Shown: positions 27,098 through 38,225 of the stretch, one piece after another | Numbering within the stretch: the first letter of the stretch is position 1 | Layout: each line of letters begins with the position of its first letter | Assembly: GCA_951406725.2 (NCBI GenBank) | Contig: OX597828.1 | Span: forward strand, 10,974,001-11,038,000 | Length of the DNA stretch: 64,000 nt | Direction: 5' to 3' | Source: Octopus vulgaris | Taxonomy: Eukaryota | Notes under the pieces: model-generated | Told to the model about the DNA's origin: nothing | Database searches by the model: none | Seen by the model: the letters and a program-made list of their open reading frames with translations, nothing else | Position numbers and translations under genes: made by a program

Positions 27098-28020
27098 GTA
27101 AACGGGTTGAGACGAAATTTTAAGACCAGCTTGTAAAACTCTTCTTTGACAGTTGCAGTTTCTCTTATGAAGTCCCGTAATACTCTGGGTATTCTAGATA
27201 ACATCCATATAATAATATATATTGAAAGCAACGATGTTAAATTTTCTCATAACACTCATTGAATCGCACTAATTTAACGCTGATAAATAAATATTTCTTG
27301 ACAAGGTCAAAATGCAGCGTTCTGGTACTATACGAAACCTGCACCAGCTGTTCCGAAACTCTTTAACTTGACCAGTTGCGACATTCTTCTAACAGATAGT
27401 CTCGAATTGTTTAATTTATCTGATTTCAGTTCCTCAAAATGAAATGTCCAAATCTGTAACTCCTTTTTGATTATTTATTCATGATATGAAGTTCAGCACA
27501 TTAATAATAAATTATTGTTAGTCAATTATTGTTCAAAATTAAATTTGTAAATTAAATTTGTAAACATCTGATTATCCAATTCCGGTCGCTGAGATTGACA
27601 CAGACTTACTCTTCGTTCATAACGAAGTCTTTTATTTTCCACACAATTCTAAACGAATGATATTATATATTATGAGCATAGATTCGAGCGAGACAAAAAG
27701 AATTAGTACCACTAACGGGTATAGAATGGTATTTTTGTAAAGTTTGCAAGGTGACGGAGGTTACCGATTACAATGCCGATGCAATGCGGATGTAATACTT
27801 GAACGAGAAGAATACTATTATAAAATAGCATTATAGTCGAATGGTTAAGCAGTGGACTTCTCGATCACAATATTCAAAGTTCGATCGCATCCTAGGGAAG
27901 TGACTTTTACAATAATGCGGGATCAATTCGTATCTTTTAAGTGAAATTGAATAAACGGAGACTGAGTGAAAGCTCGTTGAGTGGAATAACCCAGTGACTC
28001 AAAGCTCCGAAAATATCACT

Positions 28021-28223
28021 TTTACCTCGATAGACGTCAGTGGTTGGTTGAAATTGCAGAAATTGAAGAAAAAAACAACAAATATCTTACAAACTATAGA
28101 ATTTTCTCAATAAAGCCAAGAGAAAAAGAAGTTCTATAAACACATTCTACTAGTATACGAAGTTTAAAATTTTTTAGTTACCTAGAAATTATGTTAAAAC
28201 TGCCGTTCAAACCGAAAATATCC
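28021..28223 (+). mobile_element. 5'-truncated copy of Merlin-type MITE
   Basis: Near-identical to the 3' half of 37793-38225 and ends in the TIR CTGCCGTTCAAACCGAAAATATCC. Confidence 0.88.
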
Positions 28224-28534
28224 GGGAAACCTAACCGAAATACATGTATTATATAAACTTATTTACAGCCAAGTCTTAAAACGTCACCCGTGATTTAAGA
28301 ATTTCTTCAAATCATTCCCCCGCCCTATTTCAAAAATAGAAGGCACACAATTAACAGTTTAATTCTAGATATATAAATATATGGATGGCCAGGTTTTGAA
28401 CACCATTGATAATAGTTCTGCTCTGGAAGACATCTTGTACTTAACAACAGTAACAATGATTTTATATTTTATGTATAATTTGTTTCAAAGACTTTTCTTT
28501 TTTTACGAATTTAATGTTAACCTCATTAGAAAGG

Positions 28535-28735
28535 GGCAAACTGGCAGACTGGTAACCATACCAGGCAAAATTATTCTTAGCTGCATTTAGTCTGTCTGTA
28601 CGGTCCGTGTTCGAATTCCGCCGAGGTCGATTTTGCTTTTCATTTTTGGGGAGTTATGAAATAAGTACTGAGTTCTGGAGTCAATGTAATCGATTTCAAA
28701 ACCTCTCCCGAAGATGCTGGCCTTATGCCAAAAAA
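28535..28735 (+). mobile_element. SINE, Meta/MESC-like family (degenerate)
   Basis: GTTCGAATTCCGCCGAGGTCGATTTTGCTTTTCAT core. Confidence 0.75.
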
Positions 28736-30057
28736 TTGTTGAGAAGAATGAAAAAATACATATGCTAACTATCAGTCCCTTCCGTGTTCATTATTAATTA
28801 ATTTACTTTATTTGCTAACGCAGTAGAAGAATTGTGTCGCACACTTTTTTACCTGCCTTGTGCAAACCAGCAAAAGAACAGTATCTATGCATTCCTTTAT
28901 CTGATTCAAAAAAACTACTTCAAATCATTTAGTTCTCTCTTCCAATGAGGGCAATTTGAATAATGCAGTCCTTAGCTTACATTGTATCTGCAGAAGAGGC
29001 GCGAGTCACAGAAGAATGCCTTTCATTGTATGTTTATTTGATAAGGGCTTTCCTATAGAAAATAACAGCAGCAGCATCTCATCTAACTCTGATGTCATTT
29101 TCGTATGTAAAAACATAATATTTTTCCCACTAGTATAATGTTGAATTGTCTATAACGTTAGAACCACAGACTAAATGTCTCCTTTAGTGTATTTAGTTTT
29201 ATCAAAGCTATATACTCAAGACTCGCCGTGGATGACATTGCCTTCCGTTCCTCTGGGGCCCATAAATAATTACCAATGCTATATTCGAACGTGTATTCAG
29301 TGTGTTTCACATCTCTCCCTATAAAGTTGGCCCGGTGCCTAAGGATGAAATGAATATTTCTTCCACTGTGTTTTTCCAGACAAATGTTTCATACAGATGT
29401 GATTTATTTCAACATTGTCACAGTTATTTCATCAGGGAAATCATACAATTGACCGATAGACATATGCAGATGTCATTACAGCATTCATAAACTTTGCCAA
29501 TAAATCATTCTCCGACTTAACTTTCCTAGTGAATTTGAAACACACACATAAAAAAAATCACAAGTATATACATGTAATCTCCAATCTCTCATTTTGCCTC
29601 TTTTACGATTCCCAAACCTGCATTATTACAAGAAAACCTATCAATAATGGTTCTTTTACAGCCTGTCATTAGACCCGAAAATTTAACATGTTACACAATT
29701 TCATTATATTAGCATTAAGAGGACAGGAAATAGCAGAATCGGCAGAGTGTCCTACGAAATTGGTTTTTTTGCGGTATTTTGTCAAGTCCATTTATATTGT
29801 GTTCGCATTTATATCACGCAGACATATTGGAGCGGCTGTGAAGCTCGACTCATGATCGTCGAAGCCAGAGTTCAATCCCAATGCGTGGAATCTTGGGTAT
29901 TTTAATTTTTTTTTCTTCCTATTTTTACCAGTAATCCTTGTTTGACTCAAGCCGTTGGTCAGTAAATTATCAGCAATCCTCAAATCGCTGAACTTGTCAC
30001 ATTCTATGTTACGCTGAATTGTCTTGGGAATTACGTTAAGTGTAACGTTCCCGATGG

Positions 30058-30302
30058 AATACTCTGGATGCTGCCGCCCGTAACACGGAGAGGAGAAAAA
30101 TCAATAAGTATGGGAGGTTGACAGGTCGCTACCAGTTTGTGCTGGTCGCTGTTTACACGTCAGATGTTGTCGGACCCCGTACTATCAGATTTCTCTGCAA
30201 AATCGGAATAATTGTGGCCCGTCTGAGAAATAAGCCATGTGAGGTGGAGTGGCTACAACAAAGAGTGTTACCGGCCATTCTCCAAAGTAACGCCATGGCC
30301 TG
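30058..30302 (+). mobile_element. CRE-like non-LTR retrotransposon fragment (restriction-like endonuclease C-terminus)
   Basis: AAARNTERRKINKYGRLTGRYQFVLVAVYTSDVVGPRTIRFLCKIG...WLQQRVLPAILQSNA fits the AA..AE..K..KY..L...Y.F.P.A.ET.G..G...L.QR.S.A.QRGNA pattern. Confidence 0.7.
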
Positions 30303-30436
30303 GGGTGCGGCTGACCACACCATTTGTTGTGGGGTATGGGGATCATCGCCCCTCCCCACTATCTTTTGCCTCATCCCCCACTCTTCTTTCTTTTCCTTTC
30401 TTATCTCTCTTTTTTTCTGTTTCTTTGCATTTAAAT

Positions 30437-30717
30437 GAATGTGCGTGGCTTCGTGATTAGGGTATTCAGTTCACGATCGCATGGTCATGAGTTCAGTTCC
30501 CGGTGGCGCGTTGTGTCCTTGAGCAAGACATTTTATTTCACGTTGCTCCAGTTCACTCAGCTGGCAAAAATGAGGGGATCCTGCATTTCAAAGGGCCAGT
30601 CTCGTCACGCTGAATCTATGTGAGAACTATGTTAGGGTACACGTGTCTGTGGGGTGCTCAGCCACATACACGTTAATTCCACGAACAGGCTGTTCCGTTG
30701 AACGGATCAACTGGAAC
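30437..30717 (+). mobile_element. CORE-type tRNA-derived SINE
   Basis: GTGTCCTTGAGCAAGACATTTTATTTCACGTTGCTCCAGTTCACTCAGCTG core; 3' module shared with 60009 and 61650. Confidence 0.85.
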
Positions 30718-30886
30718 AAAACGATAAACAAAAGCAGTATACGCAAACACACGTGAAATTTCCTATTGAAAGAGGGTAAGGCGAAACACGGCGTAAAAAA
30801 TCATGAAAGCTTAGTTTTGTTGTTCTTATCATTTCACTCTATTCTATGCAATAAAAAACATCGGTCTTCGTCGATATTATAACCAG

Positions 30887-31265
30887 CGGCGAGCTGGCAG
30901 AAGCGTTAGCACGCCGGGCGAAATGCGTAGCCGTATTTCGTCTGAGTTCAAATTCCGCCGAGGTCGACTTTGCCTTTCATCTTTTCGGGATCGATAAATT
31001 AAGTTCCATTTACGCACTGGGGTCGATATAATCGACTTAATCAGTTTGTCTGTCCTTGTTTGTCCTCTCTGTGTTTAGCCCCTTGTGGGTAGTAAAGAAA
31101 TAGGTATTTCATCTGCCGCTACGTCTGAGTTCAAATTTCGCCGAGGTCGACTTTGCTTTTCATCATTTCGGGGTCAAAAATTAAGTACTAGTTGCGTACT
31201 GGGGTCGATCTAATCGACTAGCCCCCTGCCTCAAAATTTCGGACTTTCTCCCTAGTATAGAAAAG
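30887..31265 (+). mobile_element. Dimeric SINE (head plus two tandem bodies)
   Basis: Head GCGGCGAGCTGGCAGAAGCGTTAGC; junction AAAGAAATAG|GTATTTC near 31103. Confidence 0.88.
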
Positions 31266-31929
31266 GATATTATAACCAGTTGATCTAACAAGGGGGTCTT
31301 CGTCTTTTGATTATAGTAAAAATATATTCCAAACAAATTTTGGCCAAAATGGCGGAAGAAAATACTCGTTGGTTTTACTCGCATGTTGTTCAGTTCGTGG
31401 AAAACGAAATAAACATCCTCGAACACTCATTAAGTGTCATCTAGGCACATTCAACTTTGACTTTCATTCTTTTGGAACAATATTAAATGCATCAGTCACG
31501 AACACTAAACTAAAGAAAACAGCAGTTTCCTCCCTTCTCGAAAATTCTGACTTTGAGGTTTATTCGTGAATTGGAAATCATTATCTTATGTCTGTTCTTA
31601 TTCTTGTTGTTAATGTTATTGAGCTCCAGGTCACCCCTGACTGTGTAGGTCTCTGAATGTATTTCTTCCCATCGTTACAACCATAACGTCTTCGTGCATA
31701 TAACAACAACTGAATTTTCCTAACACTGATTTCCTTTTAAAGAGATTGCGATATTATTTGGCTGTTATTTCTAGCGATTTCTACGAACAAGCAGATACTC
31801 CCATGCTGGTTCATGAAATCAAATAATTAACACCATTCGTGAGTATTTCCCGGAAAGAAAACTCTAAGTAATATTTTTTTATTATTAATCTTCTTTACTC
31901 TATTTAATATTCCTTAATCTAATCTTTTA

Positions 31930-32065
31930 TTCATTTACTCTTTTACTTGTTTCAGCCATGTGACTGTGGTCATGTTGGTATACCGCCTTTAGTCGAACCG
32001 CTAAGTTACGGGGACGTAAACACACCAGCATCGATTGTCAAGCGATGTTGGGGGGACAAACACAG

Positions 32066-32112
<47 letters not shown>

Positions 32113-32250
32113 CGACGGGCTTCTTTCAGTTTCCGTCTACCAAATCCACTCAGTTGAAGACACTTGCCCAAGGTGTCACGCAGTGTGACTGAACCCGGAA
32201 CCATGTGGTTCGTAAGCAAGCTACTTACCACAGAGCCACTCCTACTCCTC
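31930..32250 (-). mobile_element. Long SINE copy (family of 24381) with internal deletions
   Basis: Same head, internal (CA)(TA)n and tail. Confidence 0.85.
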
Positions 32251-32339
32251 TGTTCAGTTTTATCAATTTTATTGAGAACATTAGTTGCATAACATTCAAC
32301 AATAAAGGTCATATTAAACGAGATGGAACAGTTCATATT

Positions 32340-32700
32340 GTATCAAATTTTGACCAACGAGGCCTACAATATTTGTGGAGTGGTGAGGGAGCAAGTCAAT
32401 TACATCGACCTCAGGGTTCAACTAGTGATTATTTATCCGAATCCAGTCGCATTTGAACTCAGAATGCAAGAACCGGAAGAAATGCAGCAAAGTAAATTGT
32501 CCACTGCGCTGTCAATTCTTATTTCTTTATTGCCCACAAGGTACTAAACATAGAAGGGGCAAACAAGGACAGACAAAGGGATTAACTCCATTATATCGAC
32601 CCCAGTGCGTAACTGGTACTTAATTTATCGACCCCGAAAGGATGAAAGGCAAAGTCGACCTCGGTGGGATTTGAACTCAGAACGTAACGGCAGACGACAT
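32340..32700 (-). mobile_element. Two adjacent SINE copies (Meta/MESC-like family)
   Basis: CGACCCCGAAAGGATGAAAGGCAAAGTCGACCTCGG core and TTTCTTTATTGCCCACAAGG tail. Confidence 0.8.
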
Positions 32701-32837
32701 ATCGATATAACATATCAGTTATAGAAACTAAGTCGTTGTCGTAACAAAAGCAGTTGCACTGTTCATATCATTTAAATTAATCCCTTCAAGTATTTAACTT
32801 CAAGTGCAGATAATTTCTCTTTTTATTTATTGTTCAT

Positions 32838-33168
32838 TTTTTACTTGTTTCAGTCATTAGCCTGCGGCCATGCTAAAGCATTGCCTTAAAGAACTTTTTG
32901 TCGAATGAATCGATCCCAGTACATCTTTTTCCTTTAAGCCTGGTACTTATTCTATCGGTTCTCTTTTGCCGAACCGATAAGTTACTGGGACACCGATTGT
33001 CAAGAGCTGGGGGCGGAGGGAAAAAAGCACAGAGAAATACACACACACACATATAAATATATATTTATATATTATAGGCTATAGTCGAGGTCACTTTCTC
33101 AAGGTGCCTCGCAGTAGGACTGAACCTGGAACCATGTGGTTGGAGAGCAAGCTTCTTATCACGCAGCC
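32838..33168 (-). mobile_element. Long SINE copy (family of 24381)
   Basis: TTACTTGTTTCAGTCATTAG...GAACCATGTGGTTGG... Confidence 0.8.
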
Positions 33169-33415
33169 TTTCTTTTCTTTCATTCCAGTTCGATGAAATA
33201 TATATCAACAGCGGATTGAAATGTATCGAACACATCTATTACAAGTATTGCTGTAGGTTTGGCTCCCTTTTCTTAGTGTGAGAAAACTTTATCTAAACAA
33301 CTAGGGGATGAAGGGAAACAATGAATCATGTACATATTTAACTTTATCTTGTTGCTCTTTTAGAATAAAAATTAAGTGTTTTCATTAATATCAAGTGAAT
33401 GATAGAGTCAATACT

Positions 33416-33983
33416 TATTTCTTTATTGCCCACAAGGGGCTAAACATAGAGGGACAAACAAGGACAGACAAAGGGGTTAAGTCGATTACATCGACCCCAG
33501 TGCGAAACTGGTACTTAATTTATCGACCCCGAAAGGATGAAAGGCAAAGTCGACCTCGGCGGAATCGGAACTCAGAACGTAACGGCAGACGAAATACCTA
33601 TTTCTTTAAATACCCACAAGGGGCCGAACGCAGAGAGGACAAACAAGGACAGACAAATGGATTAAGTCGATTACATCGACTCCAGTGCTTCACTAGTGCT
33701 TAATTTATCGACCCCGAAAGGATGAAAGGCAAAGTCAACCTCGGCTGAATTTGGACTCAGAACGTAACGGCAAACGAAATACATATTTCTTTACTACCCA
33801 CAAGGGGCCAAACACAGAGAAGACAAACAAGGACAGACAAACGGATTAAGTCTATTACATCGACCCCGAAAGGATGAAAGGCAAAGTCGACCTCGGCGGA
33901 ATTTGAACTTAGAACGTAACGGCAGACAAAATACGGCTACAAATTTCGCCCGACGTGCTAACGTCTCTGCCAGCTGGCCGCCA
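33416..33983 (-). mobile_element. Trimeric SINE array (~185-bp unit)
   Basis: Three bodies with junctions at ~33597 and ~33782 and a single head at ~33940-33983. Confidence 0.9.
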
Positions 33984-34409
33984 TGATGGAGTGAATACTA
34001 CAAGTTTTATGTATCTTCATTTAACTCATTGAAATGTTGGCACATATACTTTCAGTATTGAGTGGAGGCCGGGTAATTCAAATAAAAAAAAAATGAATGG
34101 CTAAGTTGATTTCGGTGAGATTTGAACTCAGAATGTAAATAATCTGAAGAAATGCCGATAAGCATTTAGACACGCTAAGGATTTCGTCAGCTGGCCGCCT
34201 CGTTTATCCATTTAATACCGCTATAGTGTGAGTTGCGAAATTCTATTAACTTTCCTGTGGTTGAAATACTATTTATAAAAAAAGGTCGATTCAAATAGTA
34301 ACAGTCATTCACATCAATTGCCTGTCTTAAACATGTTTATCATTAAAGTATAAAAAATCCTTATCTATAAAAACTATATTTTTTTTGTATAAATATATAT
34401 GTTGATCTA

Positions 34410-34824
34410 GGTGGCGAACTGGCAGAAACGCTAGCGCGTCGGGCGAAATACTTAACGGTATTTCGTCTGCCGCTGCGTTCTGAGTTCAAATTCCGCGGAG
34501 GTCGACTTTGCCTTTCATCCTTTCGGGGTCGATTAAATAAGTTCCAGTTACGCACTGGGGTCGACATAATCGACTTAATCCGTTTGTCTGTCCTTGTTTG
34601 TCCTCTCTGTGTTTAGCCCCTTGTGGGTAGTAAAGAAATAGGTATTTCGTCTGTCGTTACGTTTTGAGTTCAAATTCCTCCGAGATCGACTTTGCTTTTC
34701 ATCCTTTCGGGGTCGATAAATAAAGTACCAGTTTCGCACTGGGGTCGATGTAATCGACTTAATCCGTTTGTCTGTCCTTGTTTGTCCTCTCTATGTTTAG
34801 CCCCTTGTGGGTAGTAAAGAAATA
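34410..34824 (+). mobile_element. Dimeric SINE (184-bp unit)
   Basis: GTATTTCGTC at 34458 and 34642; near-identical bodies. Confidence 0.9.
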
Positions 34825-34837
34825 TATATATGTCGAT

Positions 34838-35130
34838 GTGGAGGCGCAATGGCCTAGTGGTTGTTGGATTGCGGTTTCGATTCTCAGACCGGGCGTTGTG
34901 ATTGTTTATTGAACGAAAACACCTAAAGCTCCACGAGGCTCCGGCAGGGGGTGGTGACGATCCTTGCTGTATTCTTTCGCCACAATTTTCTCTCATTCTT
35001 TCTTCTGTTGGCCTGCCCGCTTCAGCCAGCGGGATGGCGTCATTTGAAGGCTAAAACAATGCGAACCGCATTGTGACCAGCGATGTGTAGCAACATCTGA
35101 TAGCCTGGTCGGTCACGGTGATCACGGTGA
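34838..35130 (+). mobile_element. tRNA-derived SINE (head shared with 11066, different tail)
   Basis: GGAGGCGCAATGGCCTAGTGG...CACCTAAAGCTCCACGAGGCTCCGG...; tail ...GATAGCCTGGTCGGTCACGGTGA; second copy at 52152-52432. Confidence 0.85.
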
Positions 35131-35399
35131 TATATGTCGATATGTATGTGAATGCATTTAAATTTGTGTGACTGTCTATATACATACACATATATACATG
35201 TATATATATCTTGCAGATTGACATATTCATGGTAATATACGCATTAATAACAGCATGTTAACGTTCTTCAATATATATCCTGATATTTGTAAAATAATTT
35301 ATTTTGATTTGCATCTTGAAAATATATTTTTATCTATAAATAGCACCAAGCAATTATTAGCTGATTATATATACATATATATATATATATTATTAGCTG

Positions 35400-35462
<63 letters not shown>

Positions 35463-35666
35463 AAGTAAGCTAACGTTATGCTACTTTGTAATAATCCTTA
35501 TTATTATTCCGCCGAGGTCGACTTTGCCTTTCAGCCTCTCGAGGGCGATAAAATAAGTACAGTTGAGTACTGGGGTCGATTTAATCGACTCATTCCCTCC
35601 CCCTAATTTACTGCCCTTGTGGAAAAATTTGGAACCATTATTATTATTGATATATATAAATATATA

Positions 35667-36035
35667 CGAGCAAAATTTCCCCCGTCCAATGGACGGTGCT
35701 GACTTATCAAACGTTTAAATCAAATTTTGTTAAAACAAATTGTCCGACCGTCCCATAGGCCTCTTCTTTGAGAAACACTGACTTAACCTAAATTTGAGAC
35801 ACCAGCAAAAGAAGGAATAACGATAGACTTTTTTGTATTCCAAAGAAAAACGATTTCCCACGGCTTTATCGATCGCATTCTCACCTGGAATCGATTTTTG
35901 TAATTGTTTCAAGACTTATACAGGCCCTCATACCGTCGGTATCTACATATCAAATTTGAGCGCAATCGGAGAGAGGATGCCCAAGATCCTAGAAGACACA
36001 CACACAGACAAACAAAACGGATCTTATATAATATA
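35667..36035 (-). mobile_element. Non-autonomous Helitron
   Basis: Minus-strand 3' end has hairpin CCGTCC-ATT-GGACGG (35682-35696) ~11 nt before CTCG-T (CTRR variant). 5' end TATATTATATAAG...GTTTGTCTGT and CCGATTGCGCTCAAATTTG resemble small animal Helitrons. Confidence 0.65.
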
Positions 36036-36770
36036 TAATTTGCATTGGACAAAGCATATCTCTAAAATTGTCAAGAAGGCCGAGGGTGTCTTGGCATCAC
36101 TCAGCAAGACATTTATTAGCCGCTCTCCAGTCATCTATTTAAAGCTGTATACAGCTATGGTACGACCACACTTGGAATTCACATCATCAGTTTGGAACCC
36201 CTATCTTGCTCAGAACATTGACCTCCTGGAATATGTTCAAAGACGTGCAACCAAACGCATACCCTCCATCAGACGCCTACCATACTCTGAGCGCCTTGTT
36301 TCCCTGGGCATGGATTCACTGAAGCTCCAGCGTCTGGCGATGGACTTGGTAAACACTCACAAAGTTATCAACCACCTCACCAACAACAACACTGAACACC
36401 TTTTTGATCCCCATGTGTCCAACACACGTGGACATGCCTACAAAGTCAGAAAACAGCACAGCTCCCATGACTTTCGGAAACATTTTTTCACGCTCAGAGT
36501 TGCTGAAGCATTGAACAAACTGCCTGCGTCAGTTGTTGACTGCCATGACACTGCATCCTTTAAGGCCCTCATGCTTTCCGAAATCCGCCGAAACTACACC
36601 TGATTGTCCCCCTTCCATACCCATACACATATGTGTATGTCATGACTCATGCACTGTTCTTTTCCTGACGCTTGTACATTACCCTATGTACTATACATAC
36701 ACTTTAGATGAGTTGTAGTGCACCTGAGCACTGTACACAATGTTTTATTAATGTTATTATTTTATTATTA
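36036..36770 (+). mobile_element. CR1-clade LINE 3' fragment
   Basis: Open frame to 36603: LYTAMVRPHLEFTSSVWNPY...LEYVQRRATK...YSERL...TRGH..K...RKHFFTLRV...NKLP. 3' stem-loop GTAGTGC-ACCTGA-GCACTGT and (TTA)n tail. The ORF track's N-terminal extension runs through the Helitron and is artefactual. Confidence 0.92.
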
Positions 36771-37792
36771 TATATATTGTTTTATGAAACGGGGCAAACA
36801 GAGTAAGTCATATATTTTTAAAACCAAAATCAGCCGTCACTCACAAGTGAATATACAATGCCAGCATGCAGTGTATTTTCGCTAAGCGTTTTAGATTCTC
36901 ATTTTGTCCTAAAACACTTGATATATTGAAACATCCGGCATGCGATATTCATAGTTCATATGAATCGATCCGAGCAAAGTGAAATGAAATACCTTGAAGA
37001 TACAATGTAGTACCCATCTGAGAATCAACCCTATGGCTTTATAACGAGGCAATTATTAGCACATTATTGCAATGAAATATAAACTTGAGAGAATGCAATA
37101 ACTCATACGCTTCTTTATGTTTACCTTATATGGAGAGAAGAACACTATGACATGCCTGTAATCAACGAATCTCTACATTGTTGAGGGAGATTTTTGCCTT
37201 TTTACTTTTACATGCGAGCTGAATTTCAACCCATAGCAATAGGTTTATATAAAAGAATAGCGTTCGTTCTAGCCTTCGCTCTTATGGATACTAATACAGT
37301 CCTAATTCTAGAATTTCGATGCAATAGGTTAGAGATATAATATTCATTTATAACTCATGTCAACCTTCGTTTCTTAAGCGATGACTACACGTTTGTATCA
37401 TTAACTTGTTTATTAAACTTTATATTTTAGTAATATCTTTTAGCATTTACATGTTTCAGTCATTAGACTGTGGCCATGCCGGGACACAGCCTTGAATAAT
37501 TTTTAGTCGAATGAACCGACCCCTGCATTTATTGTATTTTAAAGTTTAGTACTTATTCTATCGTTACCTTTTGACGAACCGCTAAGTAAATACACCAGCA
37601 CCGCTTATCAAGCAATGGTGGGCAATCAAAGACACACTGAAAGACACATACACATGTCTGTCCTCCTGTTCGCTCTCTTATTTATTTATACGGGCCCTCA
37701 CATGTCGTATAGACAGTGCCGAAGAAGGTTCACATACACCGGGCCAGTCCAACTGCAGGCCACCACAAGACTAGAGATTCAAGATACGTTTG

Positions 37793-38225
37793 GGATCTTT
37801 TAAGTTTGAACGGCAGTTTTTTCTAGCGGTGTCATATGAAATTGTCACCCATGATTATGACCCTAGTATCGATCTATTGCATTTCAATCTATTTTAGGGT
37901 TAGGGTTAGTTACAGTTAGGGTTAGGGGTGGGGGGAAGGGTATCTTTTTTTTCTTCACAAATGTAAATGAACCCAATCTGTTTCTTAAACGAGGGACATA
38001 TTCATACGTCACAGAATGTTGTTTACCATAATGGACGTCAGTGATTGGTTGAAATTGCAGAAATTGAAGAAAAAAACAACAAATATCTTACAAACTATAG
38101 AATTATCTCAATAAAGCCAAGAGAAAAAGATGTTTTATAAACACATTCTACCAGTATACGAAGTTTAAAATTTTTTAGTAACCTAGAAATTATGTTAAAA
38201 ACTGCCGTTCAAACCGAAAAGATCT
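37793..38225 (+). mobile_element. Merlin-type MITE with 8-bp TSD and internal TTAGGG repeats
   Basis: ~29-bp TIR GGATCTTTT..GTTTGAACGGCAGTTTTT; TSD TACGTTTG at 37785-37792 and 38226-38233. Confidence 0.9.

Noticed and set aside
33416-33983. CRISPR-like repeated array
   Set aside because: Units are ~185-bp SINE bodies without unique spacers; eukaryotic context and no cas genes.
37894-37940. True telomere or chromosome fusion site
   Set aside because: Only a few TTAGGG units, located inside a multi-copy MITE.
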